From positions 1 to 64,000 of the forward strand of contig JBFJCP010000013.1 in NCBI GenBank assembly GCA_041615815.1: 64,000 nucleotides of DNA, given 5' to 3'. Source of the DNA: Gemmatimonadales bacterium. GTDB lineage: Bacteria > Gemmatimonadota > Gemmatimonadetes > Gemmatimonadales > GWC2-71-9. Below are positions 38,777 to 48,111 of the stretch, piece after piece (position 1 is the first letter of the stretch; every line of letters begins with the position of its first letter). A program made the translations under genes and the position numbers. Under the pieces are notes generated by a model. That model did not search any database. It was not told the DNA's origin and was given only the letters and a program-made list of their open reading frames with translations.

Positions 38777-41700
38777 GTGCCCCGCTTGGTTCGATTCACC
38801 GCTTTGGCCACCCTATTCCTTGCCGTGTGGCTCACGGATGCACCCCAGGTGCTGGCGCAGGCCCCGGCGCTCACGGAGGATCTCGTACAGGCGTTCCGGT
38901 TTCGGCTCATCGGGCCAGCCGTGGCCGGGGGCCGGATTCATGACGTCGAAGCCCTGCCTCAGGATCCTGCCACGATACTCGTCGCCTCCGCGTCGGGCGG
39001 CATCTGGAAGAGCACCAACAAGGGAACCACCTGGACACCGATCTTCGAGAACCAACCCGTGAGCACGTTTGGCGATCTCGCCATCGCGCCATCCAACCCG
39101 GACATCATCTGGGCGGGTACGGGAGAGCAGCAGAACCGCCAAAGCACCTCATGGGGGAATGGTGTGTACCGCTCGCTCGATGGCGGAGCAACGTGGACTC
39201 ACCTGGGACTCGACGAGACCCGACACATTGGGCGGGTCGTGGTGCATCCCGGGAATCCGGACATCGCGTACGTTGCCGCGCTCGGGAACTTGTGGCGCCC
39301 GAGCGAAGCCCGTGGCGTCTTCAAGACTGGTGACGGCGGACGCACGTGGCAAAAGGTGCTATTTGTCGACACCCTGACCGGTATTGTGGACCTCGTCATG
39401 GATCCGTCCACTCCGAATACTCTGTATGCCGCTGCATATCAGCGCCTGCGTCGTACGTGGGGATTCAACGGTGGCGGCCCGGGATCGGGCATCTACAAGA
39501 CCGTAGATGGCGGAGCCACGTGGTATCAGCTGACCAACGGCATCCCTTCGGGCGACAAGGGACGCATCGGGCTCGCCGTGAGCGCCACAAATCCACGCGT
39601 GCTCAACGCGCTGGTCGAACATGCGGACAGCGGCGGAACGTTTCGTTCGGGCGACGCTGGTGAGACGTGGGAGCGTGTCAACGAGCTCAATCAGCGTCCC
39701 ATGTACTATTCGCACGTCGTCATCGATCCCACGAATGAAAATCGGGTGTACGAGCTGGCGACGTCGTTCTACAAGAGCGAAGATGGCGGGCGCACGTTCG
39801 AGCGGATGCCCACGCGGCCAACGTACGATGTGGGCGTACATTCCGACTTCCACACCATGTGGATCGATCCCACGAACCCCAAGCACTTCTATTTGGCGGG
39901 CGACGGCGGGCTCCACGAGACGTGGGACATGGGGCTCACCTACGAGAAGATCGCCAACCTCCCCATCGGCCAGTTCTATGGTATTGGCGTCGACAGCCGG
40001 GAACCGTATTTCGTGTACGGCGGGATGCAGGATAACCACTCGTGGATGGGTCCGAGTGCCACGCGTCGGTGGATCGGGATCATCAACGATGACTGGCGTC
40101 AAATCGGATTTGGCGATGGCATGTACTGGCAACCGGATCGGACAAACCATCGCTATGTGTACGGCAACTCGCAGAACGGCAATTATACTCGACTCGACGC
40201 CGTCACCGGTGATTTGTTGGACGTCGCGCCCAGACCGCCGGACGGTGAGCCGGCTTACCGCTGGGATTGGGTCTCTCCGAGCCTCGTATCCCAGCACGAC
40301 GCCGCGGTAGTGTACTTGGGCGGCAATCGCTTGTTCATGTCCAGGGACCGCGGACTCACGTGGGAGCGAACGGGCGATCTCACCAAGCAGATCGACCGCG
40401 ATACCGTGGCACTCATGGGGGTCAAGGGCGCGGATATCAAGCTGTCGCGGAACGATGGTACGAGCTCGTTCGGAGAAATCGTCACGATCGCCGAGTCACC
40501 CCACGACCGCAATGTGCTATGGGTGGGGACGGATGATGGAAATCTCCAGGTGACCGAAGATTGGGGTGCGACCTGGACCGAAGTATCGCGAAATGTCCGC
40601 GGCGTCCCATTGGGGACGTATGTGAGCCGGGTGATCGCATCCGCAGCATCTCGGGACGCGGCGTGGGTGGCATTCGACGCACATCGGGACGGCGTCTTCT
40701 CGCCTTTCCTCTTCCACACGACCGACCTCGGTCAGACCTGGACCCCCCGGATGGCGGGCTTGCGTGGTTCGGTCAATGCGGTTGTGGAGCATCCGGAGAA
40801 CCCGAATCTCGTGTTCGCGGGGACGGAGCACGCGCTCTATGGCTCTACCGATGCCGGCCGCACGTGGGTGCGCATGAGCGTGCCCACCACGTTGTACGAT
40901 GATCTCGTGATCCATCCCAAAGCCAACGACCTCGTGGTGGGCACGCACGGCCGAAGTATCTGGATTCTGGATGACCTCACACCGCTCGTGGAATGGTCGC
41001 GAGCCATCGCCGGGACGGATGCGCATCTCTTCGGCATCCGCCCCACGACGATCTTTCAGTATTGGAAGGACACATCCTATCGTGGACAGGCGGCGTTCGC
41101 CGGCGAGAATCCCGCCTTCGGTGCCATACTCACGTATTACCTACGGGACGATGCAGCAGCGGCGAGCATCACCGTGACCAGCCCACGTGGCCGTGTGGTG
41201 CGCCAGACAGATGTTCCGCACACTCGCGGGATACACCGACTCGCGTGGGACCTCCGACACGAACCACCGCCGAGGACGGAGAGTCAGGATACGATGCCCG
41301 GCCCTCAACCCCTCCCCGCATTGCCACATCCGGTGGATCCACGAGGTCCATTCGTCTCGCCGGGCGAGTATACGATCGTCTTGGAGGCCGGTGCCGCGCG
41401 ATCCACGCAGACCGTGGTCGTCGAAGGCGATCCGTTGATGCCCTTGGACCAGGTGGACTGGGAGCTCCGGGAGACGTTCCTCGTCTCTCTCCTCGATCTG
41501 CAACGCGCGATCCACGAGTCCGTCGAGAACGGGAGGGCGGTCGAGGCGACGCTCGACACGATGAGGATCAAGCACGAGGAAGCTGGCGAGACCGTACCGG
41601 CCCAGTTGTTGGTCCAGATGGACTCGATCAAGGCGGTGAATCAGAGCCTTCGGCGGCTGCGACAGCGCACCGGCGGGCTGGCGGGTGAGCTGAATGGACA

Positions 41701-41830
41701 GGGGGTCAGGCAGGGGAGCCTCTATCCCCCCACCAACACCCAGAGGCGATACAAACTCGACTTGGAGCGGGAGCTTCGCGAGTCCGTCTCACGCTTGGAG
41801 CGATTGCGAGCACAGATCGAGGAGCGGTAA
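38777..41830 (+). CDS. Secreted VPS10/sortilin-like BNR-repeat glycosyl hydrolase-like protein
   Basis: IGPAVAGGRI; repeated SxDGGxTW Asp-boxes; GGMQDN; GTHGRSIWILDD; GGAG RBS and GTG at 38777. Confidence 0.88.
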   Translation: MPRLVRFTALATLFLAVWLTDAPQVLAQAPALTEDLVQAFRFRLIGPAVAGGRIHDVEALPQDPATILVASASGGIWKSTNKGTTWTPIFENQPVSTFGDLAIAPSNPDIIWAGTGEQQNRQSTSWGNGVYRSLDGGATWTHLGLDETRHIGRVVVHPGNPDIAYVAALGNLWRPSEARGVFKTGDGGRTWQKVLFVDTLTGIVDLVMDPSTPNTLYAAAYQRLRRTWGFNGGGPGSGIYKTVDGGATWYQLTNGIPSGDKGRIGLAVSATNPRVLNALVEHADSGGTFRSGDAGETWERVNELNQRPMYYSHVVIDPTNENRVYELATSFYKSEDGGRTFERMPTRPTYDVGVHSDFHTMWIDPTNPKHFYLAGDGGLHETWDMGLTYEKIANLPIGQFYGIGVDSREPYFVYGGMQDNHSWMGPSATRRWIGIINDDWRQIGFGDGMYWQPDRTNHRYVYGNSQNGNYTRLDAVTGDLLDVAPRPPDGEPAYRWDWVSPSLVSQHDAAVVYLGGNRLFMSRDRGLTWERTGDLTKQIDRDTVALMGVKGADIKLSRNDGTSSFGEIVTIAESPHDRNVLWVGTDDGNLQVTEDWGATWTEVSRNVRGVPLGTYVSRVIASAASRDAAWVAFDAHRDGVFSPFLFHTTDLGQTWTPRMAGLRGSVNAVVEHPENPNLVFAGTEHALYGSTDAGRTWVRMSVPTTLYDDLVIHPKANDLVVGTHGRSIWILDDLTPLVEWSRAIAGTDAHLFGIRPTTIFQYWKDTSYRGQAAFAGENPAFGAILTYYLRDDAAAASITVTSPRGRVVRQTDVPHTRGIHRLAWDLRHEPPPRTESQDTMPGPQPLPALPHPVDPRGPFVSPGEYTIVLEAGAARSTQTVVVEGDPLMPLDQVDWELRETFLVSLLDLQRAIHESVENGRAVEATLDTMRIKHEEAGETVPAQLLVQMDSIKAVNQSLRRLRQRTGGLAGELNGQGVRQGSLYPPTNTQRRYKLDLERELRESVSRLERLRAQIEER

Positions 41831-41842
41831 GCGGACTGCCCT

Positions 41843-43000
41843 TCACCCCTCGTCGAGGATCGCCTGCAGGACGAGCCGGATGAACTCGTTCACGTGTTCG
41901 CCGCCGTCCACCCACCGCGTGACGGTGACGAGCTCGTTTTCGCGATCGACATAGATCACGTTGGTCGAGCCGGCGCCCAATGCGAAGAACGCTGATTCCG
42001 GCGCGGCAGGAAACAACTCTCGCCCCGTGTTGAGCCACCACATGTAGCCATAGTCGGGGTTGATGTCGCTGGGCGTAATGGCGTGATCGAGCCACTCGCG
42101 GGACACGAGTTGGGCGTCCCCCCAACGCCCTCCGCGGAGCGCCAGAAGACCGAACCGGGCGTGATCGCGGGTGTCGATGAAGAAGCCGCCACCCCAATGC
42201 CCACCCCCGCTCACCGACTGCATGCGCTGGCCGTCGATCTCCGTCCAGGACGTCTCGTACCCATGCCATCGCCAATCGGCTGAAGCGCCGATGGGGTCCA
42301 TGATCCGTTCCTTCAATACTTCGGGAAGGGGGCGCCGAAACAGATAGAGCAACGCGTACGCCATGAGGTTGACCCGCACGTCGTTGTATTCCCAGAACGT
42401 GCCCGGCGCCTGGAGCGTGCGATCGACCCCCCTTCGACGATCGGCGGTGTCCGGCTTGCCCCAAAGGGTGCCCTCCCATTCGCTGGTCTGCTGTAACAGC
42501 TGATGCCACGTGATCGGCGCGTTGTGCTCGGATCCAAAGGTCCCGTCGGTGACGGATGCACCGATTCGGTCGTCGAGGTCTCGAATCAAGCCGTCATCCC
42601 ACGCAAGGCCAGCCACGGTGGACAGGTAGCTCTTCGTCACCGAGAACGTCATGTCTTCCCGACCCGTGTCGCCCCACTCGGCCACGATATAGCCCTTGCG
42701 CACAACGATGCCGTTGACTCCACTCCGCGGCGTAGTGGGACCTACGATCTCCTGATGTGGGATACCTCGAAAGCGATCGGTCAGATAGACGCGTGGATCC
42801 TCGGGGATTTGTGTGGTGAGATGCGCGTTCGCGTAGTCGATGGCATCCTGGAGCTTGGCAGCGTCCATCCCCAACGCTTCCGGCGCTCGCGTCTCCCACG
42901 CGTCGCCCGGAGGGGGAACGTAGCTCCCGGCTTGGTCCCCTCCCGCGGCGCCTGCACAGGCAGCGAGCCATAGCGCGACAGCGGCTGTCGTCGGTTTCAG
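41843..43000 (-). CDS. Serine hydrolase (beta-lactamase class C-like) lipoprotein with probable CTG start
   Basis: SVTK (SxxK), YND, HQLLQQTS. The frame stays open upstream of the track's TTG and encodes LKPTTAAVALWLAAC, starting at CTG (43000) behind AGGAG. Confidence 0.85.
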   Translation of the reverse strand: MKPTTAAVALWLAACAGAAGGDQAGSYVPPPGDAWETRAPEALGMDAAKLQDAIDYANAHLTTQIPEDPRVYLTDRFRGIPHQEIVGPTTPRSGVNGIVVRKGYIVAEWGDTGREDMTFSVTKSYLSTVAGLAWDDGLIRDLDDRIGASVTDGTFGSEHNAPITWHQLLQQTSEWEGTLWGKPDTADRRRGVDRTLQAPGTFWEYNDVRVNLMAYALLYLFRRPLPEVLKERIMDPIGASADWRWHGYETSWTEIDGQRMQSVSGGGHWGGGFFIDTRDHARFGLLALRGGRWGDAQLVSREWLDHAITPSDINPDYGYMWWLNTGRELFPAAPESAFFALGAGSTNVIYVDRENELVTVTRWVDGGEHVNEFIRLVLQAILDEG

Positions 43001-43030
43001 CGTTTCTCCTATCGTGGCCGAGGACCGTTA

Positions 43031-43627
43031 TCAACCTTGCGGGCGACGCCCTGCATGCGGCCGCGTCCGCGTGCAGTACTCGATCCGGACACCCATCAGA
43101 ACGTTTCTCCCCGCGGCACCGATCAGTGCACTTGCCGTGGTGCTCCCCACCCGAAACGCCTGATCGCTTCTCCCCACCCGCGATCCGATGAGGGCGCCGA
43201 GACCGCCCATGACTCCGGCGCCCACCATGGCCAGCGACGTATAGCCCGTGAAGCCGCAGTCATCACAGGTCGTCGCCACGAGCAGGACTCCGCCGGCCAC
43301 GCCGAGACCCGCGCCGATCGCCGCGCCGGTGAAGGCGTTTCGGCGCGCCGCCTCCGGTGCGCGCGCTTGCGCGCCGATCAACGCGCCCATCGCACCGAGG
43401 AGTGCTCCGCCGGCCACCGCTGCCACCAGTTGGGCGCCACCCGAGCACGGATCGGCGTCGCAGGCCTCGTTGGCGAACAGCAGACCCGCCACGACGCCGC
43501 TCCCTCCACCAATCGCAGTCCCGATGAGCACCGGGGATGGGGCTCGGGCATTTTGGGACTTGGCGGGCGACCACGGAACGATCGCGACCACTAGGACTAC
43601 CACCGTTGGGATGATCGTTCGGTCCAT
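43031..43627 (-). CDS. Gly/Ala-rich (glycine-zipper-like) membrane protein with two internal repeats
   Basis: Signal peptide; two GxAIGxGxG-helix / C..C loop / GALIG units; AGGAG RBS. Confidence 0.65.
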   Translation of the reverse strand: MDRTIIPTVVVLVVAIVPWSPAKSQNARAPSPVLIGTAIGGGSGVVAGLLFANEACDADPCSGGAQLVAAVAGGALLGAMGALIGAQARAPEAARRNAFTGAAIGAGLGVAGGVLLVATTCDDCGFTGYTSLAMVGAGVMGGLGALIGSRVGRSDQAFRVGSTTASALIGAAGRNVLMGVRIEYCTRTRPHAGRRPQG

Positions 43628-43655
43628 CGCTCCTGGCGCCTGCCGCCGCCTCTGC

Positions 43656-46295
43656 CTATCCAACCTCCACATCCATCACATACACGTCGCTCTCGTATTC
43701 GGTCACGGAAAAGTACACCGTGTTGCCGTGTAGGCTGAATCCAAAGGTCGGCGGCTTGGTGGGATCGTCCAGCAGCACAACGGGCCGGGGCGTGCCCCCT
43801 GCGGCAGGGATGCGATACAGCGCCAATGTTCCGGCGGTGTCGCGGCCTAGAAACAGGATTGACCGGCCATCGCTAGACCACTCGGCCCAACCCAAGCCCA
43901 CATCGATCGGAGCAAGACCGCTCGCTCGCCAGCGAAACAGCTCTCGGCTGGTACCGTCTCGCGTGAGGACTGCGAGAATCTCACCAGTGTCAACACTCAG
44001 GCGCTCCCCGTCGGGCGACCAACGACCGTAGAACCCATTCTCCGCGAGCACCCGCGGCTCTCCCCAACCACCACTCGCATCCCGCTCGATCACCCACACT
44101 TGGAACGTTTGGCGCTCAAGGGTCACCGTGTAGACAATCGTGCGACCGTCTGGCGAGAGGGATGGGTGGTACTCTTCGAGCGGACTGTCGGTAAGGCGCC
44201 GCTCGTTGCTACCGTCGGCCGCCATCAGGAAGAGGTCCCGGGTCCCGTGTCGCGTCGAGTAGAACACGATTTCGCTCCCGTCCCACGAAAAATCCGGGTG
44301 AAAGTCGTCACCCGGATCTTCGGTGAGGCGCCGTGGCTCGCCGCCATGCACCGGGACCACGTAGACATCCTGGTTTCCCTCGAGATTCGAATCGAACGCA
44401 AGCAATCGGCCATCGCGAGACACGCCGTGATTCTCGACGATTTGGTTTCCCACGGTGACCGGTCGCGCTTCTCGGATCGAGACCGCGCCAGTCGATGGCA
44501 GATCGACGGCCCAGATGTTCCGCCGAAACGTGAAGCGCGAATAGGCGGCTACCGAACCGTCTGCAGTCAGCGAGATGGAGTGGGGATCGAGCCCCGTTGT
44601 GATGCGAACCGGCGCACCCCGCGGACCTCCGTCCCGGTTCAACCGCACGACATAGAGGTCGCGAGGACCGTCTCTATTTGAGATGAACAGCAGATGTCTC
44701 CCGTCTGGCAACCATACCGGACTGACGTTGAGCGACCCGCCTCCCACGACTTCGATCGAATCACCGCCCGTAACCGCGGCAGTCCAGATCGCGCTGGGCC
44801 CCACGTTGCCCAACGTCTCGAGGTCGGCGAATTGGTAGTTGCCCTGCGCGTACGCCAGCCGCGTCCCGTCCGGCGACCAGGCCACTGAATGAGGAAACGG
44901 TGGGTGTTCGACTACTAGGGTAGGCTCTCCACCATCCAAGGATCTGATGAGGATTCGCTGTCCGGCCGTGAACGCCACGAGATTCCCATGCAACGAGACC
45001 CGGCCATCGGCGCCAACGTCACGGGTGAGTCCGCCGAGCCGCGGAATCAGGTACGTTGTCCTTCGCCCATCGGGCGTGGATTCGGCGAAGAGGAGGTTGC
45101 GGCCGTCTGGCGTCCACCGAGGAGCGTATTGTGCCCCCGCCCGATCCGCGGTGAGCGGGAACGACCGTCCTCCGCTCAGATCACGTACGAAGACGTGCAT
45201 GTCCATGCCGTAGCCTGCGGTATACGCGACCTCGCGGCCATCGGGTGAGATGGCAGGCTCCAACTCGAGTTCCGGTGCGCGCGTGACTTGCCGGATACTC
45301 GAGAAGGCCACCGTCGTGCCATCGGGGCGCAGCGAGGCCCACCCGAGAAACCCCAGCACTGCGATACTCACCACCACCCCCGTGATCACGGCCAGCTTGG
45401 TCCCCTGCCGTTCAAACACGGGAGCCGGCCTGATAGCGGCAGGGCTCAGGTTGGCCGCGCGAATGGCTTCGAGCTCTTTCAGCATGGCGTCCGCGCTTTG
45501 CCACCGATCGGCCGGGCGCTTCTCGAGACACGTCATGACGAAACGCTCCAGACGCCGTGGCACCTGCGCGCGGCGCTTGCCCACGGGCTCGGGCGTTTGC
45601 GTGATGTGCGCTGACAGCACGCTCTGGGCGTTCATGCCAGTGAACGGCGGCTGGCCCGTCAACAGCTCGTACGCCAAGGCGCCCACTGCATAGATGTCGA
45701 CCCGGTGATCGATGTGACGTTCGGCGGCAGCTTGTTCGGGCGCCATGTAGGACGGGGTGCCGAGCGCCATCCCTGCCGTCGTGAGACTTCCCTCCCCCGC
45801 AGCTTCGCTCACCGCCTTGGCCACACCGAAATCGGTCACCATCCCATGGCCCTCGGCGAGCAGCACATTGTCCGGCTTGATATCCCGATGCACCAGGTTC
45901 CGGCGGTGGGCGTATGCCAACGCGTCCACCACGTCTCTGAGGATCTCCACCGCCGAGCCGATCGGGAGTTCGCCATGGCGCGCCACGCGATCGCGGAGCG
46001 ATTCCCCCTCCACGTATGGCATCACGTAAAAGAGGAATCCGTCCGCCTCACCCGAATCGTGGAGTCCGAGGATGTGGGGATGCGTGAGGCTCGCCGCGAT
46101 GTGCACTTCCCGTAAGAACCGGTCCGTTCCCATCGTCGCCGCGATCTGCGGATACAGCACTTTCACAGCAACGGGACGCTGGTGTTTCAGATCTTGCGCC
46201 AAATACACGGTCGCGGTTCCGCCTCGGCCAAGCTGTCGCTCGAGGTGGTACCGGCCCCGAAGGGCGGCGTTCAGGCGTTCGAGGTCGCTGCTCAC
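43656..46295 (-). CDS. Hanks-type Ser/Thr protein kinase with TM helix and TolB/PD40 beta-propeller
   Basis: LGRGGTATVY, VAVKVL, HRDIKPDN, DFG, GTPSYMAPE; repeated SPDG/PxWSPDG motifs. Start approximate (GTG 46295). Confidence 0.92.
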   Translation of the reverse strand: MSSDLERLNAALRGRYHLERQLGRGGTATVYLAQDLKHQRPVAVKVLYPQIAATMGTDRFLREVHIAASLTHPHILGLHDSGEADGFLFYVMPYVEGESLRDRVARHGELPIGSAVEILRDVVDALAYAHRRNLVHRDIKPDNVLLAEGHGMVTDFGVAKAVSEAAGEGSLTTAGMALGTPSYMAPEQAAAERHIDHRVDIYAVGALAYELLTGQPPFTGMNAQSVLSAHITQTPEPVGKRRAQVPRRLERFVMTCLEKRPADRWQSADAMLKELEAIRAANLSPAAIRPAPVFERQGTKLAVITGVVVSIAVLGFLGWASLRPDGTTVAFSSIRQVTRAPELELEPAISPDGREVAYTAGYGMDMHVFVRDLSGGRSFPLTADRAGAQYAPRWTPDGRNLLFAESTPDGRRTTYLIPRLGGLTRDVGADGRVSLHGNLVAFTAGQRILIRSLDGGEPTLVVEHPPFPHSVAWSPDGTRLAYAQGNYQFADLETLGNVGPSAIWTAAVTGGDSIEVVGGGSLNVSPVWLPDGRHLLFISNRDGPRDLYVVRLNRDGGPRGAPVRITTGLDPHSISLTADGSVAAYSRFTFRRNIWAVDLPSTGAVSIREARPVTVGNQIVENHGVSRDGRLLAFDSNLEGNQDVYVVPVHGGEPRRLTEDPGDDFHPDFSWDGSEIVFYSTRHGTRDLFLMAADGSNERRLTDSPLEEYHPSLSPDGRTIVYTVTLERQTFQVWVIERDASGGWGEPRVLAENGFYGRWSPDGERLSVDTGEILAVLTRDGTSRELFRWRASGLAPIDVGLGWAEWSSDGRSILFLGRDTAGTLALYRIPAAGGTPRPVVLLDDPTKPPTFGFSLHGNTVYFSVTEYESDVYVMDVEVG

Positions 46296-46469
46296 GTGCC
46301 GAAAGATGCCGGCGACGGATGGGTGGAGCAACCAGCTGAGCCGATCGTTTTCATCCCTGCTTCATGCCCAGTTCACCGCATGATCGCTAGGCTCCGCCAC
46401 AGCGCGGCGTGTGGACGGAAGCGCGGTCAGACCGGCGGTCCCGCCGCCGGCGGAAGTGGGGAGGTGTTT

Positions 46470-47126
46470 ATGAAAAGAACCATCATGTCAGCTGCGCTAG
46501 TTGGGTTGCTCATCGCTGTCTGCGCCAACACGGCGTACGCTCAGACCGTATGGCTGGGTGTCAAGGGTGGCTGGAACAATGCAACGGTCCACGTCGAACG
46601 GGCTGAGGGTTTGGATTTCGATCACATCAACTCGTTCCACGTTGGCGCGCTCATGGGAGTCGACGTGCATCCCAGTTTGGCCATCGAGCTGGAGGCACTC
46701 TACGGGCGGAAGGGCTATGGCGTCAGTGCCGTGGATATCGATGGTAAGACCGAGGCCGGCTTTCTGCAGCTGCCGCTGTTGCTGCGGGTGAAGATCCCGA
46801 CTCGGGCGGGTCCGGTGACGCCGCATCTGTTCGCCGGCCCAGCCGTGGGGTTCGAGCTGCACTGCCAGGTCTCGGGCACGGAACTCGGGGTCACCGTGGA
46901 TGAGTCCTGCGATGATTTCGATCTCGAGCGCAAGAAGGTGGACATCGGCGTGTTGTTCGGCGCCGGATTGGGCATCGCTGCCGGACCGGGGAGCGTGCTC
47001 CTCGACGTCGCATACGACTTAGGGCTTCGGAATCTCAACGACGATCCCATTGGGGACGAGAAAATCCAAAGCAGGACGTTCTGCCTGTCAGTGGGATACA
47101 TGATTCCGATCGGGGGGCGACGCTAA
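46470..47126 (+). CDS. Outer-membrane beta-barrel (PorT/OMP_b-brl_2-like) protein
   Basis: GGAGG RBS; signal peptide ending AYA-Q; GVKGG, ELEALYGRKG, LQLPLLL, YDLGL, terminal SVGY strand. Confidence 0.85.
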   Translation: MKRTIMSAALVGLLIAVCANTAYAQTVWLGVKGGWNNATVHVERAEGLDFDHINSFHVGALMGVDVHPSLAIELEALYGRKGYGVSAVDIDGKTEAGFLQLPLLLRVKIPTRAGPVTPHLFAGPAVGFELHCQVSGTELGVTVDESCDDFDLERKKVDIGVLFGAGLGIAAGPGSVLLDVAYDLGLRNLNDDPIGDEKIQSRTFCLSVGYMIPIGGRR

Positions 47127-47193
47127 CACGTCAGCAATGCGGTTCTCAAGCAGCAACGCGCTTCCGTCCGCACCGCGCTGACTGGGTGCGAAC

Positions 47194-47299
47194 AGGGTCA
47201 AAAGGTCAGAAGGCCGGAAGGTTGGAAGGTGGCTGGTTCCTGGAAGTCGGAACGGGCCTTCCAGCCCATTGGCCTCTTCCGTTCCCTCCGTCCGACTTC
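47194..47299. repeat. Degenerate 8-nt purine-rich tandem repeat plus inverted repeat between convergent genes
   Basis: AGGGTCAA-AAGGTCAG-AAGGCCGG-AAGGTTGG-AAGGTGGC (47194-47233); GAAGTCGGA (47243) pairs with TCCGACTTC (47291). Confidence 0.55.
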
Positions 47300-47316
47300 G
47301 CTCGTTCCCAGACTTC

Positions 47317-48084
47317 TCACCGTCCACCGCTTCTCACTCGTGCTTCGACCTCTTCCAGCGCCGCTTGGCATTCCTCGAGCGTCACCGTCGATCCGTCCAA
47401 CGGCTCGCCGTTGAACACCGTCACCGACGAAAACGGGAGTGGAAACGTGAAGTGCACCGGCCATCTGATGGTGAGCGAGGGACGGCCGTTTGTGATGAGC
47501 GGGACCACCCATGCCCCGGTGGCGCGGGCGATGGCGGCGATGCCGGGTTTCACTCGCCGATAGGGGCCGCCCGCATCGGGAATCAGCCCGATGTTGCGCT
47601 TACTCTCATTGATCATCTGAATGATCTGATCCCTGGGCCGCACTGGTGACTTGCGACGGTAGATCCAAAGACGATAGCCAAACCGCGCCCCGGTTCGCTG
47701 GAGCATACGAGAGAGCAAACCGTCGTGACCGATAGGCGTGGGCGTGAGGGCCGGCGGCGCGTCACGAAAGGTCAAAAAAATCATTGGTTCGTACGCATGC
47801 CACGAGTAATAGATGATGGGCCGCCCGGTCCCGGTCACCCGTTCGAGCAGCCGTTCGGCCGGTGGATCCCACCGAACGCGCGCCGTTCGCCACGCGGGGT
47901 AGATCCACAGCGTCAGCGCAGCATTCGTGACCAGCGTGAGTGGATGAAGCAGACGTTGGTGCCACGCGGTGTCATGCGGCACCGCGGCAAAGGACACCCG
48001 GCCACGGCGGCGCGGTGGCGACGCATCGCCGACGCGGTGCGTATCGCCGTTCCCTTCCCGTCCATCGCTCGGTCGAGCTTCCAT
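47317..48084 (-). CDS. DUF374 / lysophospholipid acyltransferase-like protein (start uncertain, probably downstream of 48084)
   Basis: YYSWH, HDG, IPDAGGP..VKPGIAAIARATGA.VVP, LPFS..FNGEP. Confidence 0.7.
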   Translation of the reverse strand: MEARPSDGREGNGDTHRVGDASPPRRRGRVSFAAVPHDTAWHQRLLHPLTLVTNAALTLWIYPAWRTARVRWDPPAERLLERVTGTGRPIIYYSWHAYEPMIFLTFRDAPPALTPTPIGHDGLLSRMLQRTGARFGYRLWIYRRKSPVRPRDQIIQMINESKRNIGLIPDAGGPYRRVKPGIAAIARATGAWVVPLITNGRPSLTIRWPVHFTFPLPFSSVTVFNGEPLDGSTVTLEECQAALEEVEARVRSGGR

Positions 48085-48111
48085 CCAACCGTTCTTCCCC
48101 TTCCGTCCTTC

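Noticed and set aside
46393..46450. Two small GC hairpins in the kinase/porin divergent region
   Set aside because: Stems of 7-8 bp are expected by chance at this GC content.
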